In this document: one piece after another, positions 35,498 through 44,647 of the stretch
Numbering within the stretch: the stretch's first letter is position 1
How the letters are laid out: every line of letters starts with the position of its first letter
IMG/VR virus record: IMGVR_UViG_3300029208_000007
Strand: one strand, 5' to 3'
DNA length: 64,000 nt
From: a virus
The notes under the pieces: generated by a model
The model's input: only the letters and a program-made list of their open reading frames with translations
Database searches by the model: none
What the model was told of the DNA's origin: nothing
Position numbers and translations under genes: made by a program

Positions 35498-35501
35498 AAA
35501 T

Positions 35502-35789
35502 ATGCCAATAGACAGACCATTGTTTGAACCGGGGGACATAGTAAAACATTTCAAGAGAGAAACCGTCAGTAATTTGCGGAGCAATGATTACCTGTATAAG
35601 ATTGTCGGCGAAGCAAAGCATACAGAGACAGACGAACCACTGATAATTTACCGTGCTTTGTATGGAGAAAGAAAACTATATGCCAGACCACAAAAAATGT
35701 TTTACAGTTTGGTTGATAAAGAAAAATATCCAGATATTTCACAGAAGTACAGATTTGAAAAATATGAAGGACAGATATTCATTGAATAA
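35502..35789 (+). CDS. DUF1653-like protein
   Basis: GDIVKHFKRE..YLYKIVGEAKHTETDEPLIIYRALYGERKLYARPQKMF. Confidence 0.55.
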   Translation: MPIDRPLFEPGDIVKHFKRETVSNLRSNDYLYKIVGEAKHTETDEPLIIYRALYGERKLYARPQKMFYSLVDKEKYPDISQKYRFEKYEGQIFIE

Positions 35790-35901
35790 AACAGCCTAAA
35801 ATCTATTTTAAATACAGAGGGCGATTATTTCCTCGCATAGATGCTTCAAATGGATTTTAGATGGAAAACGATACAGTAATTAATTAGAAAGTGAGAAAGA
35901 A

Positions 35902-36231
35902 ATGAGTAGACTTGGAAAAGAAATGCCAGCAGAGTATTCAGACAGATTTGACGAACTGAGACAAAATCGAGTAGAAGCCAGTTTTTACAAATACGGCACG
36001 GCAAAAGATAATTTTGGAGAACGTCTGGTAAATGCGATTGAATCACACGATATGTGCATTAAAAAATATAAAGAAACTGGTAACACGGAGTATCTTTGCG
36101 ATGCTGCGAATTATCTGATGTTCGAATTTATGTATCCACAAATCAAAGGTGCTTATTTCAAAGCAACCGACAGTGGGGAAAGTGCTGGAGTAGTTGGAAC
36201 ACCAATTAATCAGTTAAAGGAGAAATGGTAG
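35902..36231 (+). CDS. hypothetical protein
   Basis: ORF with an RBS. Confidence 0.45.
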   Translation: MSRLGKEMPAEYSDRFDELRQNRVEASFYKYGTAKDNFGERLVNAIESHDMCIKKYKETGNTEYLCDAANYLMFEFMYPQIKGAYFKATDSGESAGVVGTPINQLKEKW

Positions 36232-36336
36232 GATGAAAAAATCGGGCAATTCTTATGGGAAACACGGATTATGAATCATTTTGTAAAGAACACTTCGAAA
36301 GATTCATTTCTGATGTCCAAAAGAAACATTAATATA

Positions 36337-36457
36337 ACTTTTTCTTACTGAATCTCACCTTGTATATGTGATAGAATAAAGAATCATAAAGCGTCTATCA
36401 GAGCGATAGGCGCTATTTTCGTGTAATTAAGCATCTTCTTTCGGGAAGGTGCTTTTT
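36337..36457 (+). promoter_or_regulatory. late regulatory cassette copy 3 (diverged)
   Basis: Box AACTTTTTCTTACTGAATCTCAC (36337-36359), TGATAGAAT, and an extra hairpin AGCGTCTATC/GATAGGCGCT. A conserved hairpin GCATCTTC..GAAGGTGC (36431-36452) is followed by TTTTT. Confidence 0.55.
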
Positions 36458-36474
36458 CTTTTATGAGGTGTTAT

Positions 36475-36837
36475 ATGGCAGAAATATTTTTAAAAGTAAA
36501 TGGTGTCTCGATGCCTTGCCCGTCTTCCTACACATGGGGATTACAGGACGTATCAGCGGCAAAATCAGGAAGATCTGATGACTCTGTCATGCATAAAAAC
36601 AGGGTAGCGCAAAAAAGGAAATTAGCTTTGCAGTGGAAAGGTAAAGATTGGGCTACTACAGCTAAGATCCTTCAAGCGTTCAATCCCGAGTACATCCAAA
36701 TTACATATCCAGATATGATGTCTGGAAAATACGAAACCAGAACATTTTATGTTGGTGACAGGAGTGCGCCTGTTAAATGGTGGTGGCATGGAAACCAGAG
36801 AACAGAATCTATCAGTTTTGATGTGATTGAGAGGTAA
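36475..36837 (+). CDS. distal tail protein-like (small)
   Basis: Position upstream of the Tal-like gene. Confidence 0.35.
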   Translation: MAEIFLKVNGVSMPCPSSYTWGLQDVSAAKSGRSDDSVMHKNRVAQKRKLALQWKGKDWATTAKILQAFNPEYIQITYPDMMSGKYETRTFYVGDRSAPVKWWWHGNQRTESISFDVIER

Positions 36838-36840
36838 TGC

Positions 36841-39800
36841 ATGAGAAAATTATCTAACAGATGGAAAGAAAAAGTCAAGAACGGAATGGACGTGCAGTAC
36901 CTCAAGTATGCAGATATCACACTTACAGACGGAACTGTACTCAATCTGACCAGTGCCAATCTGTGGCAAAACGGAATGGAATTCGAAGATTCCGTATCTA
37001 ATGATAGTAGCTTTGACATCGGTTCTGCAATCATCAATGTATTGAATCTTAGCATTAATAATTTTGACGGTGAGTACTCCGATTACGATTTTGAGGGAGC
37101 AGAAGTCATATGTTATGTTGGATTACAGATTGAAAATGAGGATACAAGTGAACTGTTAGATTCAGCTGGAGAACAAATACTGGATTCAACCGGTGATACA
37201 ATCATAGTTCATAAAAATGCGGTTATTGAAAAAACACGTATTTGCACAGTGACAGTTATTGAACAGCCGGAAGACGAAACGGTGACCATAGACCTTACGT
37301 GCGAAGATAATATGCGGAAGTTTGACCGCAATTATTCCGACAGCAAATTGAAATATCCGGCAACAAGAGGGCAGATTGTACGAGATGCCTGCGAGGTATG
37401 TGGGGTTACTCTGCAAACTTTAAACTTCTATAGAGATGATTACATTGTGCAGAATCGTCCAAATGACGAAGCTTTAACATTTCGCCAGGTTCTACAGTGG
37501 GTTGCGCAGATTGGCTGTCAGTGGATGAGATGCGATGAATATGGCAGATTGTGCGTCAATTGGTACGGTTTTGTCAATGAAGAAGAACTTACAGTTGATG
37601 AACTTGGAGTATTAAAAACACAGGACGGAAGCAACGTTAATCTTAACTTCTCGAACTCAGATGGTGCGTTGTCGGCTGACAATGGTACGCTTCTTGAAAA
37701 TGATGGGATTCTGAGGCTTTTTGCAACTGACGAAAAAGGTAACATTTCTGAAATAGAAACCACCTATGGTTTTACTCCGCATCATACAGATGTAGTAATC
37801 ACAGGCGTGAAAGTAACTGAATACAGCGAATCCTCTTCTGATAATCCGCAAACTTACATGGTTGGTACAGAGGGATATGTACTTGGAATTTCTGGTAATA
37901 AATTAATTCGTGTTGGCGATGGCCAGACAATCGCTTCAATAATCTCCGAAAAATGCGTTGGCATGAGATTTAGACCATTTGAATCCGAGTGCCCTACAGA
38001 TGTGGCTCTGGAAGCCGGAGATTCACTGATTATTGTGGATAGAAATGGAAAAATATACACATCGCTACTTACCACAACTACATTGAAACCGGGATCTGGT
38101 CAGAAGATAGCTTGTAATGCCAAAAGCGCTGCTAAAAATAGTAGCACCCAATATTCCCAGGCGACGCAGGCATTTGTTGCTGCAAGAAATATGGTTAAGC
38201 AGGAAAAAACCGCCCGTGAAAAAGCACTTGAAGAATTCGGAAAGCGAATTGATTCAGCAACTGGTGTATATACCACCGTTGAGACACAGGAGGATGGAAG
38301 CCAGATTTTCTATCTGCATGACAAACCTACACTTGCTGAATCCAAAGCGGTATGGAAAATGACTTCTGAGGCATGGGGAGTTTCTACAGATGGTGGTCAA
38401 ACGTGGAATGGCGGTATGACTGTTGATGGCGATACGATTGTAAGAATCCTCACAGCCGTAGGATTAAATGCTGACTGGATTAACACAGGTGCGATTACCG
38501 TAAAGGATAAGAGTGGAAATATCATCTTCCAAGTCGATATGGACACCAAAACGGTTGTTATCGACCCAGATGTTTTGATTATCGGAAATATGACATTGTC
38601 CGAGAAATTGGAAAACATGGATGAGAATATTGCATCTGCCAAGAATATGACATTCCAGCTGTCAAACGATATGCAGACGATCACATCTGACGCAGACGGA
38701 AACATTCCGGTATTTCCAACAGTGGCAACTACAGCGAAAGTTATGTACGGCTCGTCAGATATCACAAATGATTGTAGCTATACCATTACAAAATCAGACA
38801 GTGTAACCGGCTCTTGGGATGTAGATACACATACTTACACTGTCACAGGCTTGAGTGCAGACAATGGATGGGTGGATATTAAGGCAACGTACCTGATTAA
38901 TCTTTCTATAACGAAGAGATTTACATTAGCGAAACAAAAGCAGGGACTTGAAGGTGACAAAGGACTTCCGGGAAAATCACCGACCATTCGTTATGCGTCT
39001 ATGCCGGATGGCACCGATATGTCGGATAATCCGAAGTATGTAAAATTACTTGACAGTGCCGGAAATATAATAAGCGATTCAACTGGTGACATTATTTATA
39101 CAAGTGGTGAAGCATTTTATGTCGGATTCCTAAAAGAAAGCGCAGAAGTAGACAGTACGAATCCAAGTGACTATGAATGGTCACGGTACAAAGGAACTGA
39201 CGGGCTGACTCAATACACTCATCTCGCTTATGCGAATAGTGCTGATGGAAAAACAGATTTCTCAGTCGATAATCCAAACCGTGAATATATCGGCATGTAC
39301 GTGGACTTCGAAGAACAGGATTCCACTAACCCGGAAAAGTACGCATGGACATTGGTTAAGGGCGCAAACGGAGCACAGGGCGTGCCGGGGAAACCTGGAA
39401 CCGATGGTAAAACACCTTATTTCCATATTGCCTATGCGAACAGTGCGGATGGAAAGACTGAATTCTCAGTAGATAACAGTGTCGATAAGCTGTATATCGG
39501 TCAGTACACAGATTACTTACCAGATGATAGCACTGACCCAGCTAAGTATAGTTGGACAAAGATTAAAGGTAACGACGGTACTCCGGGAAGAACGTATTAT
39601 CTGAGAGCCAACGCAGGAGTTCTGATGATGGGACAGGATAAGAAAATAACTCCTAATCCATTTAATGTTCATGCGTATTACAGAGATGGACAGGGTGACG
39701 AAGCAACTTTTAAAACCTGGTGGGTAGTAGAATACAGCAAAGATGCCGGAAAAACATGGACAAAAATGGCCTTTAATTCACAGACCAGTGGAATAACTAT

Positions 39801-40809
39801 TAATCCAGATAGCTATTCTCTTGGTGCTGACGGAATGATACGTGCAACAATTTATACGGATTCCGGAAGAACTAAAATCGCCGATCAGCAGACATGGCAG
39901 GTTGCTGTTGACGTTGGCATGCTTACGCAGGAGCAGATTGTTGAGATATTGTCTAATGACGGAGAATTTAAAGGTCTCTACTATCTGAATGGACATCTGT
40001 ACATCAGTTTAGACGCATTGATGGGAAACGCCGCAATTCTAGGTGGAGCCAAAAACGGCAACGGATACCTAAAGATTAAAGATAAAAAAGGCACCGTGAA
40101 GGAACTGATAGATTACTCAGGCTACACTGCATTTACAAGCTATGAAGAAAATTCTACGCGCATGAAATATACAGGAATTTGTTTTTCAGATACTGGAATA
40201 AATCCTGTTAGTGCCGAGAAATACTTTAGCAGCACTGCGGACATTGAATACGTTGAAACGGCGTGGGGAATCGACTGGACTGCCGAAGAGCTTAATATTA
40301 GTGCAACAGAAGTATCGGCTGATACCGGTACATTTGGAGATTTAACTGTTACTAATTCTGCATCTTTTACAAAATCGCCAAAGATAGAAGACATGGAGTA
40401 TACGACATCATCAAATACTATTTGTTGGGATGGACGTACAGGATACAAACAGCTGATGCTGAAATCTTCATCCTCGAAACGCTATAAAGATATTGGAAAC
40501 AATATTGCAGAACAAGAAATTGAAGAATGGTACAATATCGAACCAACATGGGCGAAATATAAAGAGGGATATCTAGTTAAAGGGGACGAGAATGAAGGAA
40601 GATATATCCCGATGTTTATTGCTGAGAATGTAGAAGCATTCTTTCCGGAAGCTACTCGGCATCAAAACGGACTTGTTGAGGACTGGAATGAGCGTATCAT
40701 GATTCCAGCAATGTTTGCAATGATAAAAAGCCAGAAAAAACAGCTTGACCGACAGAAAGAATTAATTAATCAGCTTTACGAAAAGCTCAATATAGAAAAG
40801 GAGAACTAA
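36841..40809 (+). CDS. tail-associated (Tal-like) structural protein with collagen-like triplets, three ~55-aa repeats and C-terminal S74 intramolecular chaperone
   Basis: N-terminal prophage-tail-endopeptidase-like region. Triplets GLEGDKGLPGKSP and GAQGVPGKPGTDGKTP. The repeated YxHxAYANSADGKT(D/E)FS module occurs about three times. The C-terminus SSSKRYKDI..NERIMIPAMFAMIKSQ is typical of S74 autoproteolytic chaperones. Confidence 0.8.
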   Translation: MRKLSNRWKEKVKNGMDVQYLKYADITLTDGTVLNLTSANLWQNGMEFEDSVSNDSSFDIGSAIINVLNLSINNFDGEYSDYDFEGAEVICYVGLQIENEDTSELLDSAGEQILDSTGDTIIVHKNAVIEKTRICTVTVIEQPEDETVTIDLTCEDNMRKFDRNYSDSKLKYPATRGQIVRDACEVCGVTLQTLNFYRDDYIVQNRPNDEALTFRQVLQWVAQIGCQWMRCDEYGRLCVNWYGFVNEEELTVDELGVLKTQDGSNVNLNFSNSDGALSADNGTLLENDGILRLFATDEKGNISEIETTYGFTPHHTDVVITGVKVTEYSESSSDNPQTYMVGTEGYVLGISGNKLIRVGDGQTIASIISEKCVGMRFRPFESECPTDVALEAGDSLIIVDRNGKIYTSLLTTTTLKPGSGQKIACNAKSAAKNSSTQYSQATQAFVAARNMVKQEKTAREKALEEFGKRIDSATGVYTTVETQEDGSQIFYLHDKPTLAESKAVWKMTSEAWGVSTDGGQTWNGGMTVDGDTIVRILTAVGLNADWINTGAITVKDKSGNIIFQVDMDTKTVVIDPDVLIIGNMTLSEKLENMDENIASAKNMTFQLSNDMQTITSDADGNIPVFPTVATTAKVMYGSSDITNDCSYTITKSDSVTGSWDVDTHTYTVTGLSADNGWVDIKATYLINLSITKRFTLAKQKQGLEGDKGLPGKSPTIRYASMPDGTDMSDNPKYVKLLDSAGNIISDSTGDIIYTSGEAFYVGFLKESAEVDSTNPSDYEWSRYKGTDGLTQYTHLAYANSADGKTDFSVDNPNREYIGMYVDFEEQDSTNPEKYAWTLVKGANGAQGVPGKPGTDGKTPYFHIAYANSADGKTEFSVDNSVDKLYIGQYTDYLPDDSTDPAKYSWTKIKGNDGTPGRTYYLRANAGVLMMGQDKKITPNPFNVHAYYRDGQGDEATFKTWWVVEYSKDAGKTWTKMAFNSQTSGITINPDSYSLGADGMIRATIYTDSGRTKIADQQTWQVAVDVGMLTQEQIVEILSNDGEFKGLYYLNGHLYISLDALMGNAAILGGAKNGNGYLKIKDKKGTVKELIDYSGYTAFTSYEENSTRMKYTGICFSDTGINPVSAEKYFSSTADIEYVETAWGIDWTAEELNISATEVSADTGTFGDLTVTNSASFTKSPKIEDMEYTTSSNTICWDGRTGYKQLMLKSSSSKRYKDIGNNIAEQEIEEWYNIEPTWAKYKEGYLVKGDENEGRYIPMFIAENVEAFFPEATRHQNGLVEDWNERIMIPAMFAMIKSQKKQLDRQKELINQLYEKLNIEKEN

Positions 40810-40810
40810 A

Positions 40811-41773
40811 ATGGCAAAATTTAACGAATATCCAGTAAAAACAAAGCCAGCGGACACGGATACCTTTTTAGCGTATGATACATCTGAAGAATCAAATAAG
40901 CAGGTCACAATGCAGTCTATAGCGGAAGCGATATTATCCAGAATGTCTCACAATATCCCACGCCTTGTGCCAAAAGACATCACTTCGTACTACAACGATG
41001 GCTCACTGTGGAAACGCCTTAATGGAACAGGCGGATATTCTCTCTTTGAAGATATCTACGTTGGCGACTACATCAAAATGAGCCGCGCAATCTCAGCGCC
41101 GAATCCAGATAGTACGTTACAGTTGACAGGCTCACAGTACGTTACGATTGCCGGAATTGATTCCCTGTGGGGTAACGGAGATAATATCTCAATGGATTAT
41201 CACCATCTCGTCATGGTTCCGGGACAGGGATTTGGTGGTACACAGCATTTTGGCAGAAGCCGAATGAATCCGACAAATACCACTGTTGGCGGATATAAAG
41301 GGTCAGAAATGAACACGAAAGTGATTGGGAATGTTGCAACAGCTGGTTCTACTTCCGCAGGAGCAACCATCAATCAACAGCTTTTCGCAGAATTTGGTTC
41401 TCATCTAAAAACCACCAGAGAACTGGTAAGCAAAGCTATCAATGCCAGCGGATACAACCGTTTTGGTACGTCTGGCGGCTGTTCAAATGATTGGGAATGG
41501 ATTTCTGCGCAAGCAATTCTACTGAGCGAAGTCGAGTTATATGGCTCAATTGTATGGAGTTCATCTGCTTATGATACAGGGAATGCGAATCATCAGCTTG
41601 AATTGTTTAGACACTCTAAACAGGCAGTGAATAAACGCAGTGCGTGGTTCTGGCTAAAAGATGTAGCCTCGGCGTCGCATTTCTGCTATTGCAACAACTA
41701 TGGCAATGCGGGCTACAGCTACGCGTCGCTTGCCGGCGCCTATGTGCGTCCACGCTTCGTAATCGCAGCGTAG
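40811..41773 (+). CDS. tail fibre / receptor-binding protein (putative)
   Basis: The N-terminus MAKFNEYPVKTKPADTDTFLAYD is typical of fibre proteins. The C-terminus ends in YVRPRFVI, a lectin-like motif. Confidence 0.5.
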   Translation: MAKFNEYPVKTKPADTDTFLAYDTSEESNKQVTMQSIAEAILSRMSHNIPRLVPKDITSYYNDGSLWKRLNGTGGYSLFEDIYVGDYIKMSRAISAPNPDSTLQLTGSQYVTIAGIDSLWGNGDNISMDYHHLVMVPGQGFGGTQHFGRSRMNPTNTTVGGYKGSEMNTKVIGNVATAGSTSAGATINQQLFAEFGSHLKTTRELVSKAINASGYNRFGTSGGCSNDWEWISAQAILLSEVELYGSIVWSSSAYDTGNANHQLELFRHSKQAVNKRSAWFWLKDVASASHFCYCNNYGNAGYSYASLAGAYVRPRFVIAA

Positions 41774-41789
41774 CGGAATCTGGAACTGG

Positions 41790-42074
41790 ATGGTCAATAA
41801 ATTGACAAATGCAGTAATCAATAACTTGCAGACTTCAAACAAGACTGTAGTGAGGGCTCTTAATGAATTAAATAGTAACGCTAAAAACACCTCATTCAAA
41901 GGAAATATTAAGAGAGTATCATTCAGATCTGGTGGCACTGGATTAAAAAATATTTACATTGATTTTTTTCAGGAAGACAATTCCAGATCGACTTTAGCAT
42001 TCTTTACCGACGGAGAAAACGCAATCGGATTTTATGAGGGCGACACCAACATTTGGAAGCTTACAGTGAAATAA
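41790..42074 (+). CDS. hypothetical tail-associated protein
   Basis: ORF and position. Confidence 0.4.
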   Translation: MVNKLTNAVINNLQTSNKTVVRALNELNSNAKNTSFKGNIKRVSFRSGGTGLKNIYIDFFQEDNSRSTLAFFTDGENAIGFYEGDTNIWKLTVK

Positions 42075-42143
42075 TTTTTTTAGTAACTTGCAGTTTAGTT
42101 AACTAAGGACTTTGAAAATTTCATAAATAAGTTTCATGATTTC

Positions 42144-43583
42144 ATGAAAGGAGCTGATAAATTGGAAATTAAAGGAATTGACGTATCATCGTGGCAAGGG
42201 AAACCGGATTGGGCAAAAGTATCGAATTCTGGAATTAAGTTTGCAATTTTGAGAATTCATCAGAAATCCGGCACAGATGCATCATTCGAACACAACTACA
42301 AGGGCTGTAAATCCAATGGAATTCTTATTGGTGGATATAAGTACAGCTATGCTTTAACATCGGCACAAGCTATCGAGGAAGCTGAGAACGTAATTTCTGT
42401 TCTTGGTGGACGTGGACTTGACTTTCCAGTATTCTACGATCTGGAATGGGCACAGCAAAGAAGTCTTGGGAAACAGGCTATTGAGAATATTGCAGTAGCA
42501 TTTCTGACCAGAATCAAGAAAGCCGGTTATAAGGTTGGAATTTATTGTAATCTCGACTGGTACAATAATGTTCTGACAGATGCTCTCAAGCAATATGATT
42601 GTTGGATTGCTCGTTATCCAGCGGATGATAACGGCACTGTCCAAACACGACTGAAGCCATCGGTCGGTGTAGGCTGGCAGTATTCCAGCAAAGGAAAAGT
42701 TCCAGGAATCAGCGGAAATGTTGATATGGATGTGTTCTACAAGGACTACAGAGATTCTAACCAGAAAGGAGAAACTAAAATGGTAAAAATCAGTAACTGC
42801 GGACATGATGAAAGAGGAAGATATGCAGGTGGGAAAGCAGGAGATCAGACTGGTACAGAATATCAGATCATGAACTGGTACAGCAGACCGTGGCTCTGTC
42901 TCCTAAGATTCAATGACGCCAAAATCGCAACCATGATCGCAGACATGGCGACAAAAGCGGCACAGAACAATCTCATCGGATACGATCAGGGTACTTCCGG
43001 AAACAGCAATGACCGGTATTCGTTCTGGCGGCACTTAAAGGCAAGTAACTACGATCCGGCGCAGATCACGGTAGCTTGTGAATCTGATTGCAGCGCAAGT
43101 ACAGCAGCTATTGTCAAAGGGGCTGGGTATCGCTTAAATAATGCAAGGCTCAAAGCGGTCAGCATCTATCTGACGACACGGAACATGAGAGCTGCAATGA
43201 AGATTGCCGGTGCGAAAGTACTGACGGATAGAAAGTATCTGACATCCGGTGACTATCTAAAGGCAGGAGATATCCTCCTGAATGATAACCACCACGTGGC
43301 TATCGCTGTTACCACTGGCGCAAAAGCAAGTACGCTTTCAACGCCAACTATTCTGTCTAAAACTCCGAAGTGGGTGGGAAAGGTGACTGCAAATACACTT
43401 AATGTCCGCACATGGGCAGGAACAGAGTATGCACAGCTTAAAAGCTATCCTGCACTTGCAAAAGGCAATTTAGTTGATGTATGCGATACCATTAAAGCCA
43501 AAGATGGAGCATCTTGGTACTATATCCGCATTGCCGGAAAGTATTTCGGATTTGTTTCCACGAAATATATTTGCAAAGTGTGA
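42144..43583 (+). CDS. endolysin: GH25 muramidase + central domain + SH3-like wall-binding domain
   Basis: IKGIDVSSWQGKPDW...FAILRI is a GH25 signature. The C-terminus KWVGKVTANTLNVRTWAG is SH3_3-like. Confidence 0.85.
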   Translation: MKGADKLEIKGIDVSSWQGKPDWAKVSNSGIKFAILRIHQKSGTDASFEHNYKGCKSNGILIGGYKYSYALTSAQAIEEAENVISVLGGRGLDFPVFYDLEWAQQRSLGKQAIENIAVAFLTRIKKAGYKVGIYCNLDWYNNVLTDALKQYDCWIARYPADDNGTVQTRLKPSVGVGWQYSSKGKVPGISGNVDMDVFYKDYRDSNQKGETKMVKISNCGHDERGRYAGGKAGDQTGTEYQIMNWYSRPWLCLLRFNDAKIATMIADMATKAAQNNLIGYDQGTSGNSNDRYSFWRHLKASNYDPAQITVACESDCSASTAAIVKGAGYRLNNARLKAVSIYLTTRNMRAAMKIAGAKVLTDRKYLTSGDYLKAGDILLNDNHHVAIAVTTGAKASTLSTPTILSKTPKWVGKVTANTLNVRTWAGTEYAQLKSYPALAKGNLVDVCDTIKAKDGASWYYIRIAGKYFGFVSTKYICKV

Positions 43584-43647
43584 TAAATGTGATATAATAA
43601 ATATACCATAATTCAACTCCTCCCCAGAGTTTGGATATGAACTCAAA

Positions 43648-43690
43648 AAAGAGATGATCTGTTTCTATTCCTTGACAGATCATCTCTTTT
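43648..43690. terminator. bidirectional terminator
   Basis: 13-bp stem AGAGATGATCTGT / ACAGATCATCTCT flanked by A- and T-runs. Confidence 0.75.
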
Positions 43691-43693
43691 ATT

Positions 43694-44392
43694 TTATTTA
43701 ATAATATATTCCCAATATTGATTTTTAATATCCGCATATCCGTTCTTACGAATCAGTACTTTATCACCAGAAAACATCGTAAAATCAGAATCCAGCTTTT
43801 GCACATAATCCATGTTTACAACAAATGACTTATGGCAACGCAAAAACCGTTTATCAAGGTAAGGCTCAACCGACTTTAAAGTTGCATACATACTGTGCAT
43901 AATCCCGTTCGTGCAATGAACAAAAACTTGCTTATCCCGTGCTTCGAGGTACTCGATTTTGTTCAATGGAATCCTTATAATGCAATCTCTGTGTCTGATT
44001 GTGAGCATCTTGTGTTTCATATCACTCAAGGTATTGTCAATCATAGAAAACATTCTTCCGTGTTCATTTCCCTTGATGATATAATGCGTAAATTCAACAT
44101 CCAACGCATCAAAAACAAAATCCTTGTGAGCTGTCCAGAAAGCAATTTTGCCCTTATATCCACACTCTCGGAGTTCTTTGGCAATATCCACGCCATTTTC
44201 GTTTTTAAGTATTACATCCAAGACAATCATATCAAACCATTTTCCGTCCTTAACATCATCTATCAAGGGTTCCCCACTGAAATAACCGTCTATCGTATAA
44301 TTCCGGTCACCGTTTTGCTTCAAAAACGGTTCAATCCGATGCTTAAAATACTCAACCTGTAGTTCACAATCGTCACAAATAGCAATTTTCAT
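43694..44392 (-). CDS. orphan LytTR-family response regulator
   Basis: Receiver domain MKIAICDD..MIVLDV and a C-terminal LytTR DNA-binding domain (IEYLEARDKQVFVHC..FLRCHKSFVVN). No kinase gene is adjacent. Confidence 0.8.
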   Translation of the reverse strand: MKIAICDDCELQVEYFKHRIEPFLKQNGDRNYTIDGYFSGEPLIDDVKDGKWFDMIVLDVILKNENGVDIAKELRECGYKGKIAFWTAHKDFVFDALDVEFTHYIIKGNEHGRMFSMIDNTLSDMKHKMLTIRHRDCIIRIPLNKIEYLEARDKQVFVHCTNGIMHSMYATLKSVEPYLDKRFLRCHKSFVVNMDYVQKLDSDFTMFSGDKVLIRKNGYADIKNQYWEYIIK

Positions 44393-44603
44393 AGTAATCA
44401 CCTTCCGTTTATCGCTTGCACTTCAACTTTCATCAGATTATCCTCATCTAAGTAATCAATTATGGTAATATAGTAGCACCGAAACGAAAATGTGTAAATA
44501 GTTCAGCGAAATTTCGAAAAAATTCGACATATTAATTCGTTGGTACAGCCTGCCAGATTGCTCTGGGGAGGAACGTGATCGTGAATGCAGGTTTTACCAT
44601 AAA

Positions 44604-44633
44604 AAGAGCCGGGGAGTAAAATCCTCGGCTCTT
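44604..44633 (-). terminator. intrinsic terminator of secreted-protein gene
   Basis: Minus-strand hairpin AGAGCCGAGG..CCCCGGCTCT followed by TTTTT. Confidence 0.65.
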
Positions 44634-44647
44634 TGCTTTACAATGAA

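Noticed and set aside
41640-41773. C-terminus of the fibre protein 40811..41773 (..YCNNYGNAGYSYASLAGAYVRPRFVI) as a third DGR variable region.
   Set aside because: Only a short stretch (TATTGCAACAAC vs CATTGCAACAAC) resembles the TR, and the lengths do not align. It is probably just a related lectin-like fold, not a VR of this TR.
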